Source: Lama guanicoe
Lineage: Eukaryota
Assembly (NCBI GenBank): GCA_013239625.1
Contig: MU053561.1
Span: 4,279,992 to 4,343,991 of the forward strand
Direction of reading: 5' to 3'
Length of the DNA stretch: 64,000 bases
Every line of letters starts with the position of its first letter. The stretch's first letter is position 1. Made by a program: the position numbers and the translations under genes. The notes below the pieces were generated by a model. It did no database searches, was not told the DNA's origin, and saw nothing but the letters and a program-made list of their open reading frames with translations. Positions 52,501 through 61,800 of this stretch are shown here, piece after piece.

Positions 52501-55500
52501 GAAACTCATCAAAGAGTAGATATAAGTTTTAACTAAAAAATGAAAAGTTGAAAAAGCAAATATAACAAGAATAATACAAATTCATACTAATTAACTCATT
52601 CATTAAAAGGGATTTTGGTTAATAAATGAATTTTACCCAGAGTCCCTATAAAAGTACTGTTGAAAAGGTACCAGAAGCTGAAAGAGAAGGGACAAGATGC
52701 TGAGTAAACTAATTATTTCTCATTTTTATGTAGAGTTGAGAAGCAACCAGAAAGGAAAAATGAAGCTCACCACTAGATTGCCTACTCGAGTTTAGTTCTC
52801 TGAGTAATAACACAAAAACTATTTCCTCCCACTTTCTCTAGAAATTAAATTTACTAAGTAGGTAAAAATCAATTAAATATTTTGTTTGGACAATGTAAGA
52901 AATAAATTCTTATTTTGCCATTTCATCAGTACAAACCTATGAAGTAATTTAGTAAAACAACCAAAATAACTATTTAGAACTACAAATGATTATTTTTATG
53001 AGAAACTAAATAATCTCTGAGAAAAATAATAAATTGCTCTTCTAAAGCAGTTCTCAACTTTGTGATATACTCTTTTTATGTCAATGATACGTACTTCCCT
53101 TAGCAATGAAACCGATAAATTATTTTGACCTTTAACTTAAAAATAAAACACAACTTTAAGCCTATTCAAATAAGTATTGAACATAATTTACTAACTTATT
53201 ATTAACTACCAGAAAGCTTAGGAATTCAATACACAAGCTACTTTATAGATAGAAAACATACTTCTCATTTTCAAGCTCAGTTTTCAGCTCTTTAACCTGT
53301 TTTGAATAATGTTGTTCACTTGTTGCAATGGCAGTTAATTCTATTTCCAAATCATGTACTTTTTTCTGGAAAATAAACATGTATTATCACAGGAAATGTT
53401 TTTACAATTTTCTCATTTAAAAAGTATGATCACTATGCAAGCAAGTCATACATTTAATAAAAATGTCAAATTTTAAAAATTTTAGTAGATTTAATACCAT
53501 AATCATTATAATTTTAAAACAATGAGCAATGACAAATGCAATACAATAAGTAAATTCTATTTTGATATTCTGAAGCTCAACCAGTAAAATTATATTTGCA
53601 TATTATAAAATACTGTTATCAATTTTATACAGGGTATTAATTTCAATTAAAATATCATATTACTAAGAAGAAATATATTAATTAATGAAATTAGGCAGTA
53701 TCTGAAAAACTAATTGTTTTTACTATATTAAAAAGACAGTTATAATGATATATTGTAATAGACTGAAAACATACTTTTTAAAAATAAAAGACATTCTAAA
53801 ATTATAACATGAGCACTATAACAATTATTGTAAAGTAAGAACTTAACTTAGTAAAGGCTAAAATTTAAATATATCATTCAAAAATTTAATTGTTATAAAC
53901 CATGGCATTATGCATACTACTGTCATCTTCCTATTGTCATTAAATGTAGCAGGAACACATCTTTAAAAGAAATTTTGTGAAGCAATCTTTCACAAAACTA
54001 AAAGCCACACCATAATTTACAATGTAAATCTGTATCCTACTAACAAATACTTGAAAAAAGGATGTGTTCTTTTTAAACAAACCTCTCTGGTTTGGAGAAG
54101 CCCAGCTAGTTTTTGTTCTGCTTCTTTTAATTCTTCAGCAGTCTTCTCAAACTGTTTCTTCTCATCTAAAAGCTTTTGGTTTTCTGCCTATAAGAACATT
54201 AGCAAATCATGACAATCATATCAAACTGCCCAGATAGAACTGTGAAGAGAATTATGAATTTTTCTTTGACTAAAATTTTTTAAAAAGAGAAAAAAAGTCA
54301 TCATTAAATAAATTTCAAAACTAAACATGATGACAAATGATTTAATGGACAGAGCCCTGGAATTTTTTATTTGAAAAAAATCATACAGGAGTGCCTTTCT
54401 ATCTGCTAGATTGGATGCTGTCTGATTCATGAATCACAGAATTGAAACTTAATGGATCAGTAAAAAAAACAAAAATCATACAGGTCATTGAATTCAAACT
54501 TTATCTTACACATAAATCACTGCAATTTATTAACATTTGTTATTCACTCACTATTCTATATCCTGTTTGTCCTTATATTTTACTAAAATGTTATTCCCTG
54601 TAACTTTCATGCAATGGTCATTGCTCTGCATTCCTTAGTCACAAAGAAGTCTAACTCCTCTTTCACATATTAGCTGAGAAATATTTGAAGAGAGTTATCA
54701 CTCTCTAACTTTTCTCTTAACTATTCTATAATCTCTAATTATTATTATTATTACTGCTATGAAATGGCTTTACATTGCCTCATTCCTTTCAGATGGGCTC
54801 ACTCTGTCAATATACCATTTTAAATGAGGTGTCAAGAATTGAATTCAATGTTCTAGACAATCATGGGTCAGCAAACCATAGCTCATATTGGGAACACTGG
54901 ACAGCTACTTGCAAAAGAAACTGGTCTACTCTCTCACACCATGCACAAAAAAAAAAATCCAAAATGGATTGAAGACTTAAACGAAAAATCTGAAACCATA
55001 AAACTCTTAAGAGAAAACATAAGCAGTATGCTGTTTAACATTAGTCATAGAAATATCTTTTTGTATATGCTGCCTCAGGCATTAGAAACAAAAGCAAAAA
55101 TAAAACAAATGGGAGTTTATCAAATTAAAAAGCTTTTGCTCAAAGAAGGAAACACTATCAACAACAACAAAAAAAGGCCACCTACTGAATGGGAAAAGAT
55201 ATTTGCAAATGATATACCTGAGAAGGGCTTAATACCCAAAATATACAAAGAACTCATACAACTCAACTTCAAAAAAACCCAAACAACCCAATTATAAAAG
55301 GGGAAGAGAATTTGAATAGAAATTTTTCCAAAAAATACATACAGATATCCAATAGGCATATGAAAAGATGTTCATCACCGCTAACCATTAGGGAAATGCA
55401 AATCAAAACCACAATGAGATATCACCTCACACCTGTCAGAATGGCTATTATCAAAAATTATCAAAAAGACCTGGTTCCTATGATCATCTGTTCTTAACCG

Positions 55501-58500
55501 TTCTATCTTAGCATATTGTGTTCTTCATACTGCAAAGCAAATGAGCTTTACAAAATGCAAACAGCACTGTGAACTAATGCTTTATCGCCCTTGGCACCAT
55601 TGTATTATTACCTTTGAATCACTGCTTGTATTTATGTGTGATTATTTTGTGACTGTAACTCTATGAAAGCAGGATATGCATCCATTTGCTCCCCTACAGC
55701 AACCCCAGATTATACCATAAAAGGAACTGAACAAATGTTTGTTAAATTAATAAATGTGTTATATTATTCATCCCTCACCACTACCCTAAGAGATCTGTAC
55801 AATTATTTCCCCCATTTCATAGATGGAAAAATCAAGCCATCAAGAGTTTAAGTAAATTGCTCTAGGTCATACAGCTAAGAAGAACCAGATACTAATCAAA
55901 GCATTATAATTCTAAGGACCAAGATATTAATTATGCTCTATTGCTATTGAAATATAACAAAATCATAAACTAATCCCTGTCCATATAGGAGTGTAAAAAT
56001 AATACTTTAGTGTTAATTCAGTTGACAAATATTTATAAAGTGCTGACAAAGTATCAGTCATTGTGCTAAGTACTGAGGTTACAGGGCAAACAGGATAGGT
56101 TTATAGCTCTTATTGGAGCATATATTCATTTCACTATTTACTGACCACCTACTGTGTGCCATCTATTGTGCTAAGTAAAGGGGATTCTACGGGCAAATAA
56201 AGCTTTAAATAATTATACCAAAAATCAATTTCATATGTGATAAGTGCTATAAAGGAAACATTCAAGGGTGCTATGGGAACAAGCTATACAGAGACCTAAA
56301 CTAGCTAAGAATACCAATTGATATTTAAGCTGAGACTTGAAGTATAGGTTCACATTATAAAATTTGAAAGAAATGTAAACATTATTACTTACAAGAATTT
56401 GTGCAAAAGCAGTTTACTGAAAAAACGATAAGTATTTGGAAACTAGGCTTCCCAAGAGATATAAAAATTAGGAGTTGCAAAATCAGGTAGAGATGCGATA
56501 TATATATCTGTAATCATATATCTGTAATCAAACAATATTGTCTTTTATAAGCAAGGGTTAGCAAACTACAGCCTCTGAGGCAAAATCAGCCCACAGATTT
56601 CTTTTGTAGGCTCTTGAACTAATAAATAATAAGATGGTTCTTACATTTTTGCAAGATTGTTCAAAAGAAAAAAAGTAGAGGGGGAGGAGAAAATTAACAT
56701 TCTGTATATAGCCCACAAAATCTGAAGTATTTACTATTTAGTCCTTTACGAAAAAAGTTTGCCAACCCATGCTCTACATGCTATAATCAATTAAAATATA
56801 ATGAAGCCTTATCCTAACAAATTCATTAAATATGATTCTACCTGAACACTAAACATAGGTAATGAATACATATCATACATATCTTTCTCAAAACTGCCTC
56901 TTTGTGGCTCAAAGGTATCAAAGGCACACCAAATTTACAATCAGCTATATGATATGCTTATTTGATCTCACTTAAATGTACTGTCAACACATGTTTAAAT
57001 AATAGAACCACCTTCACCAAGACAATTATCAAAACGTGTAAATATTGGTACAGATAAGAAATGTGAAAAAAAAAAAGAAATGTAGCTTTATTAAAACCAA
57101 ATATAATGTTTTTTTATATTTTAGCTGAAAAAACTACCATATAACTCCATAGGATAAAAATCTAAGTCACTAGATTCAACTATTTTGAAAAATAATTGCT
57201 ATACATTAATAAGAGAAACTATATACTTACCAAGATATTTTTCATTTCTTCAAGTTCTACTTCTTTGATATTTTTCAGCTTAGTCAATTCTTCTAAAAAA
57301 AGCAAAAGAATATAAATGTGTTAAAAGCTGGACTAAAAGAATAGGAAAAGAGAGACAAGAAATAAGAATACCATTTGAGGGAAAAACCAAAAGAGATGGG
57401 CTAATGCAACTAGAGCACTGTAAAGAATAGAGGAATTCCAAATGAAACTATGCAAAATAATAAAGATAACTATTAATAGTAATGTTCCTATAAAGTTAAC
57501 TCCACAACCAAATGAGCCCAAGTTCATTAAACAAAATAAGCAATGGATCTATATAAAATATATTTAGAATGAAGTCACACAGCATGTGCATTTACCTTCA
57601 ACTCACCACTGTCTAAACATCTGGCCTTTTAATCTGCACTCCAAATTTAAAAGGAGAAGTAATCCACTTTTCTCAAGCTAACTCTTGACCACTGTTCTGG
57701 ATCTCAACATTCCTACCTCCTCTAAGACTTCAGTTGCTTTATTAGCAATATACAATGACTCTCTGTAGAGGAATCTTTAATTTCTCCCATCCCATCTAAA
57801 CATCTATTTGAATACAAAACAAATATCTGAATGATCTTTCTATCCTTTTCATACTATTGTCAAATTTCTTACTTTGTTTTGTAGCCAAATTCCTGTTTGT
57901 TACCTATACATTTCTTTCTTAATCCTATGCAAAGCTAATGTCTATCTCCATTAATAAAATCATTATTTCAAAGATCGCCAATAACTATTTTGTGGTGCAA
58001 TTCTCAGTCCTCATCATTGTGGAGCTTTTGGCATTTGACACTACTAGCCACTCTCTACTTGTCTCCCTTTGATTTTCAAGATCTTGTATTAGTAATATTT
58101 CCTGTTTCCTAACTCTTACTCTTGTTTTCTTTGCCAACACCCTTCTTCTCACTTTAAATAACAATGATTTTCAACACTTTTCTTTCTATACTTCCATGAA
58201 TTCAACATTAAACTAATGAATTAGAAAATCTTTCCAGCTCAAATCTCCTGCTTTTTTATTTCTTACATTAAAAAAACTTTTTTATTTTTCCCCCTAACAC
58301 AGGCACTAGGGATTGAACTCAGGACCCCAAGCATGCCAAGCACATGCTCTACCACTGAGCTATACCTCCCACCCACCTTTCTTACATTTTAAAAATAGCT
58401 ACAAAGTTTCCAAGTGATGTCTAGTTGTCATCAAAAATTTTATTATACCTGAAACATCTTTCCTCACTGCTAAGGGTTATTAATTATAGGAGATACAATA

Positions 58501-58771
58501 GATTGAATGAAAATTTCCCAGACTATGTACATTAAAAACAAACAAAAAACTTGAAATAATTGCCCAAAGTCTCTAAGAAAAATAAATAAAATTTAAAATG
58601 CAAATATAGAGTTTAAAAGAAAACCTGATATGGAAAACTTATTGAACCACAAAGTTTCATTTTAGGTAAAAACAGTTAATTTTTTAAAACTCAAGGATTG
58701 GTTCAAGATAGTGGACTGAGCATGTGTCCACATTCTCACTCATCCCCAATCCCATAAATTTTTTAAAAGAA

Positions 58772-58827
<56 letters not shown>

Positions 58828-61800
58828 TAAACATTAACAAAAACCAGGCAGCCTACCATTAACAAACCAGAAAGTTGAGGGATCCTTGGGAAGGGGGAGG
58901 AGAATCCATATTAATTCATTAAGGCTATGTGAACAACTAGACCAGGTGACCACACACACACCCACCCTCCCATACACACATACAGCCTACCTCAGGTTAA
59001 ATCAAGGATTCTGGGAAGCCAAACAGATTTGGCACTGTCCCTGACAGCTCATAATCTCTAAGCAACACAAGCATTCTCTATACTCAAAAGACAAGCTACT
59101 AAGCCCACTCTTTCTTACAGTGCCTACCATCTCACCCGATAATCAGAATCAGATTATAACATAGACATAGAAGAAGACGGATTCTCAGATACTTAGATGA
59201 GGAAGCAATCAAGAATCAACAATCGGCGAAGAAAAAGCAAAACCATGAAAGGCACCAAATTCAATTAAGAGAACTAAAATAAAATCCAAGGAGAAAAAAA
59301 TTAATAAACAGAAGTAGATATTAAATGTTCCAACAGGATGCTATATCCATGAAATAAATTACCTAGAGGTCTTAGAAATTTAAAATTAGACAACTAAGAT
59401 TTTTTAAATAGCAAGATAAACATACCTAAGGATTGAATCAGGAAAAAACATTTCCCCAAATTCTGCAGAAAAAGAACTAGAAGGTAGAAATTAGAACTAG
59501 AAGGAGAAAAAATTTGAACATGAAGGATAGATCCAGAATTTGCAAAATCCACCTCTCAGAGGAGAGAGAGACAGAGACAGAGGCAGAGGCAGAGGCAAAG
59601 GCAGTGGCAGAGAGAGAGAGAGAGCGAGAGCGAGAGAACAATGACACTAGAAGAGAAGAAAAAAGAGAAGAAAAATGTTAAAAGCTGAAGACAGACAAAA
59701 TGTCCTCAGATTAATGGGCTCACCAAATGCTAGCAGAAGTGTGATAACAATTCCATTTTTAACAGATGTCTTTTATATCTGTACCACTCAAATAGCCTCC
59801 TACCTGATTTTTCCACTTATATTCTTTTCCTGCTACCAGCACTCCCCACCCAAAACCAAATTTTTTTCCATACAGAAGTTACAATGATCCTTTAAAGATG
59901 TAAGCAAGATCATGTCATTCCTCTACTTAAAGTCTTTCAATGGTGTTCCTTTGCTATTATCATAAAAGCAAAATTCCTTTCCTTGGTCATACCTGATTTG
60001 TTCCTTATCACCCCACACTCACTTCATTTCCCTTTCCATATTGCTTCTTACACTCAGTCACAAAGGCTTTCATTCAGTCCCATGAATTAACCAAGCTCCT
60101 TCACATCTCAGAGCATTTCTACATGCTTTTCCTGACTAAAAAGCTCTCTCTAACTCACATGCTTTACCCTAACTAAGTCTCACTTATTTAGTCTCAGTTT
60201 AAGGCCATCCTGATCACCAAAATCGAAACGAGGCCTTATTATTTTCTTATATTTTATCATTTTCATTTCCTTCATAACACTTATCCCAATCTGTAATTAA
60301 ATATTTATTTGTGATTATTCATTTTATGTGGCCCCAAGTAGAGTGCAAAGTCTCATGAAAATAAAGACCATGTCTGTTTATATATCCAAAGGTAAATGAG
60401 GAATAAACATCTAAGTCTAAATTCATTAGTTACTGTTGTATCTAATAACCAAAGAAGCAGCAATAGAAAAAACTAGAAGGAACACCTGTTACATAACCAG
60501 AGTGAAAACAAACATGGGTACAGATACAAAAAAATGACTATAGTAGTAAAACCCGTTCAGAACTATATTAGACTGAACTGAAGATGGGAGACACATGAAG
60601 AAGCAAAGAAAACTGCACCAAATAAAGAAATTGAGGAAAAATTATTTGACAAAGATTCTGTATTTATATTTGGCTTTAACTTACTTGGTAATTACTACCT
60701 TATTCTTTAAATGAACAGTGAAAAGACAGCTGGTATTTAAAGAGTTTGAACTTAGGCAATTAGATGACTCTTAAATCTGCAAGACAGAAAAGTTAGATTT
60801 GTACTTTTAAAGAACACTCTAGTATTAGTGCAGAGAATGAACAAAAGGTAGACAAGACCAGAAACAAAAAGACTGATTCTAAAAATACTGCAATTAGTCC
60901 TGCTCAGAGATGTCAGGTCCCAATCTAACGTCAAGACATAAGGGGTAGAGCACACTGTATCTGAGTATTGCATAGAAAAAAAAGCAGTCTAGGATAAGTC
61001 AACGATTGAGACTGCTAAGGGAACAATGGCGGCATACTCTAATCAAGATGTAAGTCTAAGAAAATACCACCCATTAAGAAAGCAAAATGTAGCCAGGAAA
61101 CAAAGTGCTAAGAATGAGATCTATTGCAGGAAGGAATAAGGTTATGAATGAAAGCCAAAGCAAACAGAAGCCTAGTAAACACAAAAATGGATGAACAAAG
61201 ATGAGGACAATGAGGGTAATCTGAAGCATGATTTATTTGATGGTTAATCTGTCAAATGCAATTTGGGTTCCATTATATTACTCACATGCATCCTTCTGCT
61301 AGACTAAGAGAATGTGCTTGAAATTCTACAAACCAGGAAACAGAAAATGAGGATTTGAACTGTTCTAGATCTGCAGAGAAGAAAAGGGGGAAGATTCAAA
61401 AGATATTTCACAGATGCGGGAGTGGGATGGGTATATATAGCTCAATGGTAGAGTGGGTGCTTAGTATGCACAAAGTCATGGGTTCAATCCCCAGTCTCTC
61501 CACTAAAAAATAAAATTTTAAAAATTAAAAAATACATAAATAAACCTAATTCCCTTCCCTCCCCCCCAAATTAACAGAAAAAAGGTATTTAAGAGTTAGA
61601 AACTCTTAAATTAGTTAGATTTTAACAGCTAGATATTAAGAGTTAGAAACAATAGCACTGAATAACCAGTTAGAAGTGAAAGTAAGGGAAAAAGAAGATT
61701 TTTTGGTTTTGAGAACTATACTATTAACCAAAGAAGAAAACAAACTAACATTGGATACTTATATCACTGTTAATGATACTCTCCTATACATAATACTTTG

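Noticed and set aside
61430..61502. tRNA-Ala gene (also 19781-19850 and 58300-58365)
   Set aside because: Stem mismatches, A-rich tails and TSD-like flanks indicate SINE copies
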